DNA of 63,741 nucleotides from a virus (Duplodnaviria; Caudoviricetes): positions 1-63,741 of the IMG/VR virus record IMGVR_UViG_3300025131_000033, one strand, 5' to 3'. The notes under the pieces were generated by a model. That model was not told the DNA's origin, did no database searches, and saw only the letters and a list, made by a program, of their open reading frames with translations. This document shows, piece by piece, positions 40,729-50,820 of this stretch (positions are counted from its first letter, which is position 1; the number at the start of each line of letters is the position of its first letter). Made by a program: the position numbers and the translations under genes.

Positions 40729-41994
40729 TTATTCAACTCCCCCTTCTCCATAATTAGGATAGTCAGAACCAATAATTGGAATAGCGGGAAGAGAGAGTTC
40801 AGAATTTAAGTGAATTTGTGTTCCATCAGCATTAATGTTACCTCCAGATTGAATATTAACATCTCCTCCTGCCGCTAAATTAAGATTACCCGTTGCTCTC
40901 ATATTAATAGTTCCATTACATTCTATATCTATATTTCCCGCTGACTGTATCTCTACCTTTCCCGAAGATTTAATTCTAATAACACAGTCACCACTCCCAT
41001 ACCCTGGTCTTGGAACTACTGTACCTACTCCTTCACCTCTAGTTTGAAGTTGAATCACTTGTTGTGACCCTCGGGTATTTAGGCACTCAAGAAAAATTCT
41101 TCCAGTTCCAAAGCCGTGAGTGGGAGAATAATTATCTTGTTGGCTTGTATCAGTAAAAATATTTACATCTTTGAACTTACTTTGAATATTTATATTTCCA
41201 TACTCTGCATTACTTGCAATAGGAGGAGGTAGCCATTGAATAGGAGGAGGCAACATGGATTTTTTAGATCCTGTAGACGAATTGAGGATATTAAGCTCCT
41301 TACCATCTTGAATTTTTATAGTTGTAGTTCCCCCTGCCGAGTCATATAATTGATCTCCCGCACTTTCAACTTGAATTTTTGACATTCCAGGAGCAAACAG
41401 TGAAGGATTACCTATTGCGGCGAAATGTTGGTTAGATAAAGTTATCCTACTATTATTTCCACTATCAAGTATTATGGAATCAACACCAGGAGTATCATCT
41501 AGAGTAATTTTCTTTCCTAGAGCGGATACTAGCTCAGTTTTCCAATTATAAAACGAATCATTATTCTCTTCAGCTATTATCAACCCTCCACCATGGGATC
41601 CTCTGAAACTTTGTCGCATAGGAAGTCCCTTAGCTCTAAGAGATTTAGAATCCGCAGCCGCATATGGGCTTACTGTAATCTCATCAATTTTTCCTCCTAC
41701 GATGGAATCATAACTAGGGAAAAAAGTAGATCCTAAGTAAAAGTATTTTTCTGAATGACTAGGTTTACATACTAAAATTATATTATCCACTACAGGAGGA
41801 GCTATAAATCCCCCTTCTGTTTGTGTTACCCAGGGTGAACAGTACCAGACTGTTTCAGCCCCAGAGTCTAGTCCTGGAAAAAAGATTTCCGCTTTAAACG
41901 ACCCAGTACTTCCTGGATCATAGATAGAAACCACTTTTGCTAAACAAATAATAGTTCCGGCATATGATTGAGCTTCAGATTGGGGTGTAGTCAT
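40729..41994 (-). CDS. baseplate central spike (gp5/VgrG-like OB-fold + beta-helix), no lysozyme domain evident
   Basis: AKVVSIYDP...GFIAPPVVDNIILV...YLGS; C-terminal 8-residue repeats ending GTQIHLN. Confidence 0.75.
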   Translation of the reverse strand: MTTPQSEAQSYAGTIICLAKVVSIYDPGSTGSFKAEIFFPGLDSGAETVWYCSPWVTQTEGGFIAPPVVDNIILVCKPSHSEKYFYLGSTFFPSYDSIVGGKIDEITVSPYAAADSKSLRAKGLPMRQSFRGSHGGGLIIAEENNDSFYNWKTELVSALGKKITLDDTPGVDSIILDSGNNSRITLSNQHFAAIGNPSLFAPGMSKIQVESAGDQLYDSAGGTTTIKIQDGKELNILNSSTGSKKSMLPPPIQWLPPPIASNAEYGNINIQSKFKDVNIFTDTSQQDNYSPTHGFGTGRIFLECLNTRGSQQVIQLQTRGEGVGTVVPRPGYGSGDCVIRIKSSGKVEIQSAGNIDIECNGTINMRATGNLNLAAGGDVNIQSGGNINADGTQIHLNSELSLPAIPIIGSDYPNYGEGGVE

Positions 41995-41999
41995 TATAA

Positions 42000-44900
42000 T
42001 TATGGTGCTAGTGTAATTTCGAATGTGTTAGGATCCACTGCTACCTTTCCTGAACTTATTTGGTGTGTCACATATTGCGCTCTAGCATCGGTTATCTCAA
42101 ATCCTTCAGCGGAAGAGGAAATGCCCCCCTCTAGAGTTCCGCGTATAGCATTACTTAAATTTTTAATTAATCCAAATTCAGAATAAGCCTTTCCTTTAGC
42201 ATTTATTACATGTTTAAACCGAAATATTTGATAACTCCCAGTGAAAAATCTAGCTAATGCTGTTGGTGGGAGCATTCCTGCATGTACCTGAGAAATTACA
42301 GGTAGATCCTGTCCGATAAGCATACAATTTTTCGAGATATTACCTACATTTGATAAATGAAAAAGGGGAAGAGTTGTGATATCTACTTGAACTGCCTTTC
42401 TATACATCTGAACTATAAAATCATTTAACATTGCAACAGGATTACCAGGATACCCCTGCTCAAAAGGGATAGTTACTGCGCCTGTTCTATTATTTAATAC
42501 AGTTTTGTATAAATCTACTGCAAGTTTTGCGGTCTGTGTAATTGAAGTTCGTAGTTCGGTTCCTATCAAGCGACCACGGCTATAACCTGGATCTAATTTA
42601 GCTATTATATCGTTCTCGACATCTGCCCAGGAGTGTGTCCTATCACCTATAACTTTTTCTCCCCAATTAGTCCTTATTAGATAATTAAGTACATCAGCAC
42701 CACTCCCAAAAACAAAACCCCATCTAGAAGAATCCTCGGATAATCCTGTCGTTATTGCTGCTCCTCGGAGTCGTACAACATTATGAAACATAAGTTGTAA
42801 TTGAACAAAATAAATACTTCCAAATTTATATTTTAAATCTGATACATTTGGATTTTCTACATTAAATCGAAAAATAGGAACATTTCTTTTTATCCAAGAA
42901 TCTCGAAACTCTTCAACAAGAGACTCCGTTACATCTTCACTTGCAGTACCACCCCCTTCTAGTTGCTGTTCTGCTTCGCTCTTAGACCAATAACTAGTAT
43001 GTCCAAACGGTCCATAAGTATTCTCAATTGGGGGACTCACTAAACTACGTATATACTTCCCATAGCCTTGGGTAAAAATTACTCTTTCTACAGGATGTAA
43101 AGGAACGAGATTTTGTTGTCCTATTTTTAAGTTCTGTAAAGATAAAGGAGCCAACCTATTTATCTGAGCGCGAGATTCTAATAGGTGTGCTTCCGTTTCG
43201 GCTCTCTGCGACTCAGAAAGAGGGCTCAGGCTGGCAGGCTCCTCATCAGGTGAGGGATCAGGAGCCCACCCTACCTCAAGTTCTGCCATAGATCGTTGTA
43301 TATCCACCTCTAGGTAATCTAGTTCTCGATCTACGTATTTTGCTATTTTTTCTTTTTCCACCAAATCCGCTAAGTTTTTGGATATTAAATCAAAATCTCC
43401 CTCCCCATAAAGAAAATTAGAAATTAAATAAGGATCTCCAAAAATTATGGTAGGCTCATTTGGATCAAAAGTGTGTCTTCCTCCAAAAAATCTAGAAGCT
43501 CTACGAATAGGACTTGCTAGATTCTCTTTATTCCACATATTCAATTCAATAGCTTTCCAATATTTTGAGAATTTTACATTAGTTTCAGTTATTAGGAGAG
43601 GTTGCCTTAATGGATAGAAACCTTTACACATTTTTTGGATCAAACTATAAACCCCATAAATTGCCTCTTCATGGTCTGGTAGTCCTCCTCTCACCGAATT
43701 CATACGGAAAGCCTTATATACGCTATCTACCCAGTACATCAGGAGTTGCTGCGCGTCACGTTCCCCATGCTCGGAGGGCTCTGTCGTATATCCCTCGCCT
43801 CCCCCACTCATCCACCTTTGTAAGTTACGGTGAATTCGTGGCTGGTGTGGTTGTCTCTCCGTAGAACCCGTAAGATCCCCAGCACCAGCACCAGCGCCGA
43901 ACCGACCGCAGTGCCGCTCATCCGTCATACCATCATCTAATACCAAGCGAAGTCCTAACGTATTTAATAAATCTTCTAAAATAGCTTGTGTTTTAATTAT
44001 ATGTATTAATTCGGGCTTAGATATGTCCGAATCCCTGAGAGAACGCCAAAGTTCCTCCAAAGATGATGCTATGTTTTTAGCTTCAATCTCTTTGATAATT
44101 TTCTTTATAACATAGGAACATACATAATTTAAATCAGGTAAAAGAACTATTACATTTTTTGATTGCGTAGCTTTAGAAATATAATCTTTAAGAATATCAG
44201 TAACTATTAAATGGAGATCTATTTTCTCAATAAATTTCACGCCCGATTCCCCTAACAACCCAGTCAGAAGATTACCATACTTAGTTCTTTGTTCTATAAA
44301 TACCTGTTCGCCTAATTCGTCGGGGTGAGTTTCTTTAGCTGGGTTATTCTCGGCAAAGTCTGCTACTTCATCTTTTAACATAACTCGACTTTCCTCCTCA
44401 AACCTTGGATTTTTAGGCTTCTGAGCGCCATATATTGGTTCCCCCGTGGGCCTCCCCCCTCCAGCTAGAGAAGGAAGGTCCATAAATAGTAAACGTGTCT
44501 CAAAACTACCTGAATGTTCTAGTGTAGTTAAACCTGCAAAATTAAACTTATCCGATTCTCCACGACAATATGAATTTAATCCCCCTAAATTTATATTTAC
44601 AACTTCTCCTCTAGGTCCGCGTCGGGCAAGAGGGGATATAGTATGAAGTACAGGCTGAAATTCTAGTGTTATCTTTCTAGAACCTTTTATTTCTATGGTT
44701 GCATTAGACATCATCATGGAATGAGGACCAGCCCATACATCAGTATTAGTTCCTAATCCATATGCAATATAAAAATGTTTATTTCCAAAGGCGGTGGTAA
44801 ATCTTCGCTGAAATTCTGCTGCTTGTTCGGTAGTTAAGGCCCTACCCTCAGGAGGGGGAGGAGTATGAATACTAGGAAATGACCCTCCTACCGCACTTTC

Positions 44901-45206
44901 TAAATCAGTATTAACAAAACGAGACTCAAACTCATTAAAAGGATCAATAAAAGATAGAGTCATCGTCTGATCCCCTGCATTTACTCCAAAAGTATGCTCA
45001 AAATTTATTAAATTGGGGTTAGAAGTGTTGTCAAATAATAAGAATTCTTTATCATCACTAGTTAAAAGTGCGACCCCCCCTTCCCCTACAGGACTTAATA
45101 AGTTAGACCCCTGGCCTGCTTTTTTTAAAATTTGTTCAATTACATTCCTTTTCCAACTAATAATAATAGATGCACTGGGAATTTCATTACGGGTAGCGGG
45201 TGACAT
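42000..45206 (-). CDS. baseplate hub protein (gp27/gpD-like) with large insertions
   Basis: C-terminal FTGSYQIFRFKHVI...SEFGLIK; lies between gp53-like gene and spike. Confidence 0.55.
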   Translation of the reverse strand: MSPATRNEIPSASIIISWKRNVIEQILKKAGQGSNLLSPVGEGGVALLTSDDKEFLLFDNTSNPNLINFEHTFGVNAGDQTMTLSFIDPFNEFESRFVNTDLESAVGGSFPSIHTPPPPEGRALTTEQAAEFQRRFTTAFGNKHFYIAYGLGTNTDVWAGPHSMMMSNATIEIKGSRKITLEFQPVLHTISPLARRGPRGEVVNINLGGLNSYCRGESDKFNFAGLTTLEHSGSFETRLLFMDLPSLAGGGRPTGEPIYGAQKPKNPRFEEESRVMLKDEVADFAENNPAKETHPDELGEQVFIEQRTKYGNLLTGLLGESGVKFIEKIDLHLIVTDILKDYISKATQSKNVIVLLPDLNYVCSYVIKKIIKEIEAKNIASSLEELWRSLRDSDISKPELIHIIKTQAILEDLLNTLGLRLVLDDGMTDERHCGRFGAGAGAGDLTGSTERQPHQPRIHRNLQRWMSGGGEGYTTEPSEHGERDAQQLLMYWVDSVYKAFRMNSVRGGLPDHEEAIYGVYSLIQKMCKGFYPLRQPLLITETNVKFSKYWKAIELNMWNKENLASPIRRASRFFGGRHTFDPNEPTIIFGDPYLISNFLYGEGDFDLISKNLADLVEKEKIAKYVDRELDYLEVDIQRSMAELEVGWAPDPSPDEEPASLSPLSESQRAETEAHLLESRAQINRLAPLSLQNLKIGQQNLVPLHPVERVIFTQGYGKYIRSLVSPPIENTYGPFGHTSYWSKSEAEQQLEGGGTASEDVTESLVEEFRDSWIKRNVPIFRFNVENPNVSDLKYKFGSIYFVQLQLMFHNVVRLRGAAITTGLSEDSSRWGFVFGSGADVLNYLIRTNWGEKVIGDRTHSWADVENDIIAKLDPGYSRGRLIGTELRTSITQTAKLAVDLYKTVLNNRTGAVTIPFEQGYPGNPVAMLNDFIVQMYRKAVQVDITTLPLFHLSNVGNISKNCMLIGQDLPVISQVHAGMLPPTALARFFTGSYQIFRFKHVINAKGKAYSEFGLIKNLSNAIRGTLEGGISSSAEGFEITDARAQYVTHQISSGKVAVDPNTFEITLAP

Positions 45207-45214
45207 TTTTTACT

Positions 45215-45517
45215 TTATACTGGAATTAGTATCTGTTCGTTTACTTTGAATCCCTCAAAAGGATCTGTAATATTATTTACAAGCATTAATAACCACCAAT
45301 TTTTAGGAGTTCCATAGAATAAAGTAGAAATAAGATCAGGTCTATGCTGATACCCCTGAGGAATATAACCTACCTCATAATTCGTATTCCTACTCATATT
45401 TATAATATAATTATCAAAATAGGGAGTATTTACTATAGTACTAATTTTTGCATTTCTATGATTAACAAGTTTATAACCAAGTTCATAAGGTCCTCTATTT
45501 TCTCCTAAAGATGTCAT
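45215..45517 (-). CDS. g53: baseplate wedge gp53/LysM-like protein
   Basis: RPDLISTLFYGTPKNWWLLMLVNNITDPF. Confidence 0.8.
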   Translation of the reverse strand: MTSLGENRGPYELGYKLVNHRNAKISTIVNTPYFDNYIINMSRNTNYEVGYIPQGYQHRPDLISTLFYGTPKNWWLLMLVNNITDPFEGFKVNEQILIPV

Positions 45518-46542
45518 AGTACACCCATCCCTCTGCCCCCTGTAAGTTCAGATAAATAACCAGGATCCATTGATTGATGTTTTTGTGTAACAACCGATTC
45601 CCACCCAGCTAGATTATCTCTAGATACAATTAGATTATTAGGCTCTTTAAATTCTTGAAAATTTCCTGCTCTTAATTCTTCTAATTTCATATTAACTTTT
45701 ATTCGTCTAGGCAGTAAGGTTTGTAAATCATATCCTACTGCTTCTTCCCACTCTATACTGTAATCTTGAGCTAGACAGGGAACATCTTGATACATTATAC
45801 CATGTATCAATCTTATTATAGGAGGACCATATATAGGATTAGTAGCATTATTTACAACACTAGTTCTTATGATATTTACCCAGTAAATAATTAGATCAAT
45901 AGTACTATATCTACGAATAAGCTCTAGTTTCTTCTTATCGGGAACGGTCGCCATGGTCTCGAACCCGCGCAGGACGGTCCCCGGCGGCAGGTCTTCGAGG
46001 TCCAGGGCCTCCCCAGGAGTCTCTCCTAAGTAAGTCTTCTTAATATAGGCTTTATCCCTTAGTTTTAAATAGGGATGAAATTGTAATACTTGTTTAGCTG
46101 TACTTTCTACATTTTCTAAATCTAAATATTGATAAGCTATTTTAACTGAAGGATTAGAAATACCACCCTCGACTCCTACTTCCCCCGTATGTTCAGGAGA
46201 TTTGAAGCGCATCCTATTCTTATGGTCTCTATCATTAATTCCCAGCTTCATAAAGGAACTTTTAGTTAATTCAGAATGTTCATCTTCTATATGAGGAAGA
46301 GTAAGAAAAAAAGATAAATCAAATTGTCTAGAATCTGCTCCTAAATAAGCATAAAGATTACTAGATCTTGCTATCGTAGAATATTTTTGATAGCGTGCTC
46401 TTTTTCTTTCCCTAATGCTTACATTTTCAAAAAATGGAAGTTCTACAATATAATAATCCTCGTCTGGGATGGGACTAGGGAAATAAAACATTAACTTAGT
46501 ACGTTCAGGAAGTGCTCTATCTATAATTCTCATATTTGCCAT
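45514..46542 (-). CDS. tail tube initiator (gp48/gp54-like)
   Basis: YLGADSRQFDLSF, GPPIIRL..G.MY..VPCL..DYSIEW, LPRRIKVNMKL; follows tape measure. Confidence 0.6.
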   Translation of the reverse strand: MANMRIIDRALPERTKLMFYFPSPIPDEDYYIVELPFFENVSIRERKRARYQKYSTIARSSNLYAYLGADSRQFDLSFFLTLPHIEDEHSELTKSSFMKLGINDRDHKNRMRFKSPEHTGEVGVEGGISNPSVKIAYQYLDLENVESTAKQVLQFHPYLKLRDKAYIKKTYLGETPGEALDLEDLPPGTVLRGFETMATVPDKKKLELIRRYSTIDLIIYWVNIIRTSVVNNATNPIYGPPIIRLIHGIMYQDVPCLAQDYSIEWEEAVGYDLQTLLPRRIKVNMKLEELRAGNFQEFKEPNNLIVSRDNLAGWESVVTQKHQSMDPGYLSELTGGRGMGVL

Positions 46543-46556
46543 AAGTTATCCTCCAA

Positions 46557-48281
46557 TTAGTATGGATTTCCGGTGGAGGGCACCATTCTCATATGCTCTA
46601 GGCTAGTATCTATGCTTTGTAAGATATCTATCTGGTACTCTGAGAGCCTGTCCGACTCACCTGAGCCTGCGCCTGGAAGACCTAAGAAAAACTCTGCGTG
46701 TCTAGCTAAATCTTCTGCTTCGGCTCTTACCCTATCTGAAGCACTTTCCCTCACCAGTGTTCGTGTGTCCCCCGCAATATCTCGCATTACCTCCAGTCCC
46801 TCTCTCTCTAACGCAAGTCCTTCCTTAAAAGCCTCTAGAGTTGGGATAATAAAGGTCTTTGCCCAACTTCCCTCTTCTCCTACTCCTAGAAGCTCTCCTA
46901 TCATTCCTCTCGTAGTAAATGCAGCTAATAAATCCCTCTGACTCGCCTCCATCGCTGCCCCCACTTCATCTGCTATAGTTCCTCCTCCTGTGATTTGTTT
47001 CCATATACCTTTTACTAATCCTAGTTTGCCTCTACTACCTGCTGTTGCAATAAGTACTAGTCTAGAAAATACATCAGCCAATAATGCTGATGTGGTTACT
47101 AAAAACTTGAGAGTTGGAATTACGGATTCCCATATTCCTTTAAACGAAACCCAGAAATTTTGAGCCATATCAAAAACTGTTACCAGCGTCTCCATAATAA
47201 ATATTACTATTCCCCTCATACTCACCTCTATTTCAGGAATACGTTTATCTATAAAATCACCCATTGTTTTAGTTATCGCCTGACCTAATTGAGAAAACGT
47301 TTCAGTCACATCTAAAACAGTTGGGAATAACTTAAAACTGATAACCTCATATAGTGGAGTCCATACTTCAGCCCTTAATGTCTCCATTGTTCTAGCAAAA
47401 TCAACTTTAGTTGTTGCATCTTTTTCTATACTATTTTCAAGAGCTTCAGCTAAGGCAGGAAAATGTAGATTATGTTGCCCAAACATACGTTCAGCTACTC
47501 CAACCATTAATGCAAATTTATCTGATCCTGCTGTGAAATTTTCTATTTTAACTCCCGCAGTCGTAAACGCATCTCTTAGTATCTCTACCGCTTGAGCAGT
47601 AGTAGTGGCAGCAGCTAATTGTTCTCTTACACCACCTATACCTAGCATAGTTAATTTTTGAAACCCTTCTATGCTAGTATCCATAATGGAACCCATGACA
47701 GCCTCAAGGGGTCCTGCCATAGCGGTGCCTAATTCACCCTGTAACTTAACCATAGCCTCAGTTACTTGTTGTCCCATCCCCATTAATCGCATAGCTGGGA
47801 ACGACTTAGATAAATTATTCAAAGAATTTACTAGTACTTCAGTACTAATATTATATGTATCATTCACCTCCAGTAGGTTTACAGCTAAACTATTTGTTGC
47901 TTCTTCTGATAAGCCTAATACCTTGTGTAATGCAGCAAAAGTGGGAGCAGTCTTAGCGAAAGCTGTCCCCGTCAACATTTGCTGATTAATGAGTTTAGTT
48001 ACTCCCGCTGTATTTCCATGAAGGCCAGCTTCCAAAGCCATGAAAGCTCCCATCATTTTTGTGCTTAAATCACCCCGTAAGCCTTCTACAGATGATGAGA
48101 ATTTTGCCTGGGCAGTAGTATACGTCATGCCCAATTCTAAGGAAGCTTTTTGTGCTCTATCTCCGAATCCTATACTCTTATTGAATGCTCCCTCCACAGC
48201 CTGTGTTAGTTTGTCTACACCTTTGGCGAGACCTCCCATGCCCTTTTCTAAGGCTCCTAATGCTACTAAGGGATTTACCAT
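46557..48281 (-). CDS. tape measure protein
   Basis: Ala/Gly/Met-rich helical 574-aa protein upstream of tube initiator and gp53. Confidence 0.65.
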   Translation of the reverse strand: MVNPLVALGALEKGMGGLAKGVDKLTQAVEGAFNKSIGFGDRAQKASLELGMTYTTAQAKFSSSVEGLRGDLSTKMMGAFMALEAGLHGNTAGVTKLINQQMLTGTAFAKTAPTFAALHKVLGLSEEATNSLAVNLLEVNDTYNISTEVLVNSLNNLSKSFPAMRLMGMGQQVTEAMVKLQGELGTAMAGPLEAVMGSIMDTSIEGFQKLTMLGIGGVREQLAAATTTAQAVEILRDAFTTAGVKIENFTAGSDKFALMVGVAERMFGQHNLHFPALAEALENSIEKDATTKVDFARTMETLRAEVWTPLYEVISFKLFPTVLDVTETFSQLGQAITKTMGDFIDKRIPEIEVSMRGIVIFIMETLVTVFDMAQNFWVSFKGIWESVIPTLKFLVTTSALLADVFSRLVLIATAGSRGKLGLVKGIWKQITGGGTIADEVGAAMEASQRDLLAAFTTRGMIGELLGVGEEGSWAKTFIIPTLEAFKEGLALEREGLEVMRDIAGDTRTLVRESASDRVRAEAEDLARHAEFFLGLPGAGSGESDRLSEYQIDILQSIDTSLEHMRMVPSTGNPY

Positions 48282-48291
48282 TTAATATTTC

Positions 48292-48750
48292 TTATTCTTC
48301 AAGTCTACTAATCTTTCTAAGAGGACCCCAAACACGACTTACTATATACGTTCTATAACTATCCTCAGGTATTACTATATCTGCCATCTCGTCTACTGGA
48401 TCACTTTCACCTTCAATATTTTCCAAATCTTCATATACATCTAACCCCTGGTCTTGTTTTAATTCTCCTAATTTATATAGAACCTCAAGAGAATCGAGAT
48501 TAAAATTAGCATCTACAGGTAATGTAAAGCCTGTCATTAGTTTATTTCCTGTACGTGCATTCCTAAATACAGGTTTTACTAGAAGAAATACCCTAGCTGC
48601 GCGACTTCCCACACCTTCCCCCAATTGGTATCTAAAAAATAGTACATCTCCAGGGTAACAACTCCCCACTGTAACTATAGAAACCCTAGTACGGGGGTCT
48701 GCCCCAATTTTTTTTAAAAAATTCGAAACTATTGGTGAAAATCTAGACAT
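48292..48750 (-). CDS. possible gp2-like DNA end protector
   Basis: PGDVLFFRY...MTGF...SYRTYIVSRV loosely matches gp2-like proteins. Confidence 0.35.
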   Translation of the reverse strand: MSRFSPIVSNFLKKIGADPRTRVSIVTVGSCYPGDVLFFRYQLGEGVGSRAARVFLLVKPVFRNARTGNKLMTGFTLPVDANFNLDSLEVLYKLGELKQDQGLDVYEDLENIEGESDPVDEMADIVIPEDSYRTYIVSRVWGPLRKISRLEE

Positions 48751-48790
48751 GGCGTATATTATATATTATTCTTGAAGTATAAAACAAACA

Positions 48791-49087
48791 ATGCAAAGTG
48801 AAAATCTTGATATAGATATAATTGATTTTTTAGATCTATTAAATGAAACATTAAGTTATTCATTTGTAGAAAAATGGAGACATAAATACTCTGAAAAATT
48901 TATAAAGCATTTTCAATTAAGACTTCTCGCAGCCTTAAATAAACAAAAACCTCTAAAAATTGAAATGTTGTATAATTATCTAACTAAGAAGTGTAAGTAC
49001 TCGGAGGAGCAAGTAATTAACTTCTTCAACACTATTGAGATTGATATCTACTCTCCGTTTATTTACGGGCGTTTGAAGAAGAAGTAG
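48791..49087 (+). CDS. hypothetical protein
   Basis: 98-aa ORF divergent from previous gene across TATATTATAT. Confidence 0.65.
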   Translation: MQSENLDIDIIDFLDLLNETLSYSFVEKWRHKYSEKFIKHFQLRLLAALNKQKPLKIEMLYNYLTKKCKYSEEQVINFFNTIEIDIYSPFIYGRLKKK

Positions 49088-49841
49088 CCTTTAATTCTTC
49101 AATCTTTTTATTCACTTCATGTAAGGTGCAGAATTCAGGACAAGCATCTTTATAAGCACACCAGTTGCAGAAATCATTTCTGCTAGGCTTCATCTCATCC
49201 TTCTTCTTTTTACGAATCTTCCAGACCTCATCCACAATCTTTCTTAGATGAGCATTTATTTGAGGAATGGAATATTGAACAAAAACGAAGGTATTCGTAA
49301 GAGGATAATAATGAGCAGCAACGATGTTGGAGATGGGTGTCTCATACATTTTACTGATAGCGTAAGTATACCCCTTTAGTTGAGTATCCTGGTAAAGCTC
49401 CACTTTACTCTTTTGACGCTTTGAAGTCTTATAATCAATAATTAGGTAGCCACCGTCTTTTCCCTTGATAACTCGGTCAATTATACCATTAAGAGTAATA
49501 TCATCTTTTACGGGAACTTGGAAGACTAATTCAGTTGCGACCGTTTCTCCTAACTTTGCGTTAAATTTAAGAAAATTCTCAATACACGTTAAATCTTTGC
49601 CTGTGTACTTCTTTGATACCTTGTATGAACCCTTCACATCCTCAGCAATCTGCACTAATTCGTCCTTTGTGGTGGCTTTTACGCCATCTTCAAGAACTTT
49701 GTGGATATATGATCCAAAATGCAAAGCTTCGGTATTGGCCTCTTTGGGCTCAGGTAGCCTCTCAACATACCTATAACGGTACTTTAGCTGACATTGTTTA
49801 AAAGTCTGGAATTTTGATTCGGAAATTGTTTTTATGTACAT
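49059..49841 (-). CDS. Cas4/RecB-like PD-(D/E)xK exonuclease with 4-Cys cluster
   Basis: CQLKY, GSYIHKVLE, GIIDRV, IIDYKTS, QLKGY, CNWCAYKDAC; SD GAGGTG. Confidence 0.85.
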   Translation of the reverse strand: MYIKTISESKFQTFKQCQLKYRYRYVERLPEPKEANTEALHFGSYIHKVLEDGVKATTKDELVQIAEDVKGSYKVSKKYTGKDLTCIENFLKFNAKLGETVATELVFQVPVKDDITLNGIIDRVIKGKDGGYLIIDYKTSKRQKSKVELYQDTQLKGYTYAISKMYETPISNIVAAHYYPLTNTFVFVQYSIPQINAHLRKIVDEVWKIRKKKKDEMKPSRNDFCNWCAYKDACPEFCTLHEVNKKIEELKATSSSNARK

Positions 49842-50820
49842 ATTATCACCTCAGTTTATTAGAGACTATATTACTGAAAAGTTCAGCGATGTAGGCAAAC
49901 TCTCTGCAAATGGCCGCGAATTCATTCTTGAGTCCATATTTGTCGAGAAGGACTGGAAACGGCATATGAGCATCAATATAGATAGTGGTCTGTGGCAGTG
50001 CTTTAAAACAGGGCGTACAGGCAATTTCACCAGCTTCTACGCTCATGTGGAGAATGTTCCTTATTTTAGGGCGCAACGGGACTTATTGATTAAAAACTTC
50101 GAATTTCTTGGAGAGGAGATTCCCGAATTAGACAGACCCACACAAGAATACACTGAGCTAGATACATCAAAACTCAAACCTATCTCTATATCGTCAGCTT
50201 ATAGCGAAGATAAGAATGTCCTTTTAGCTTGGAGCTTTTTATTTGGGAGAAAGCTATTTGATGAAACCTCAGAAGAAAAAGAACCTTTCTACCTGTGTAT
50301 GCATGGGAAGTTTCACAACAGGATAATTATCCCTTTTCGTAAAGATGGGGTAGTTTATTACTACCAGGGTAGAACACTATTAGATGCTAGACCTAAGTAC
50401 CTCAACCCCTCTACAGAGATAGCTCCAAAGCCCTCAGATATCCTATATCCCTACGATGAAGAGGGCGATCTCCTAGTTGTCTGTGAGGGGCCTCTAGACG
50501 CTCTCTCGCTGCACTTGAGGGGTGTGAACGCTACATGTACCATAGGCTCCTCAATCAGCCCCACACAGGCTGAGATGCTGTCTACGTTCAAGGGAAGAAT
50601 CATCATGGGGTTTGACAACGACGAAGCAGGGCAACGAGGAATTAACAAATTTGACAGACTAAGAAAAGAGAGAAGGATGGACACCTTTGAAGTTTGCTTT
50701 CCTCCTTCTGGGCACAAAGATTGGAATTCAGCCCATATTGCTAACTTTGATTTAGACTCTCACATTACTAAAAATAGTAAGTTATACGATTTTGAATATA
50801 AAATGAGATCTAGTTTATAG
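49834..50820 (+). CDS. DNA primase (TOPRIM)
   Basis: RIIIPF...YYQGR, KYLNP, VCEGPLDA, FDNDEAG, KDWN. Confidence 0.85.
   Translation: MYILSPQFIRDYITEKFSDVGKLSANGREFILESIFVEKDWKRHMSINIDSGLWQCFKTGRTGNFTSFYAHVENVPYFRAQRDLLIKNFEFLGEEIPELDRPTQEYTELDTSKLKPISISSAYSEDKNVLLAWSFLFGRKLFDETSEEKEPFYLCMHGKFHNRIIIPFRKDGVVYYYQGRTLLDARPKYLNPSTEIAPKPSDILYPYDEEGDLLVVCEGPLDALSLHLRGVNATCTIGSSISPTQAEMLSTFKGRIIMGFDNDEAGQRGINKFDRLRKERRMDTFEVCFPPSGHKDWNSAHIANFDLDSHITKNSKLYDFEYKMRSSL

Noticed and set aside
49059-49841. Cas4-like nuclease as part of a CRISPR-Cas system
   Set aside because: No repeat-spacer array or other cas genes seen; stand-alone Cas4/RecB-like nucleases are common in phages
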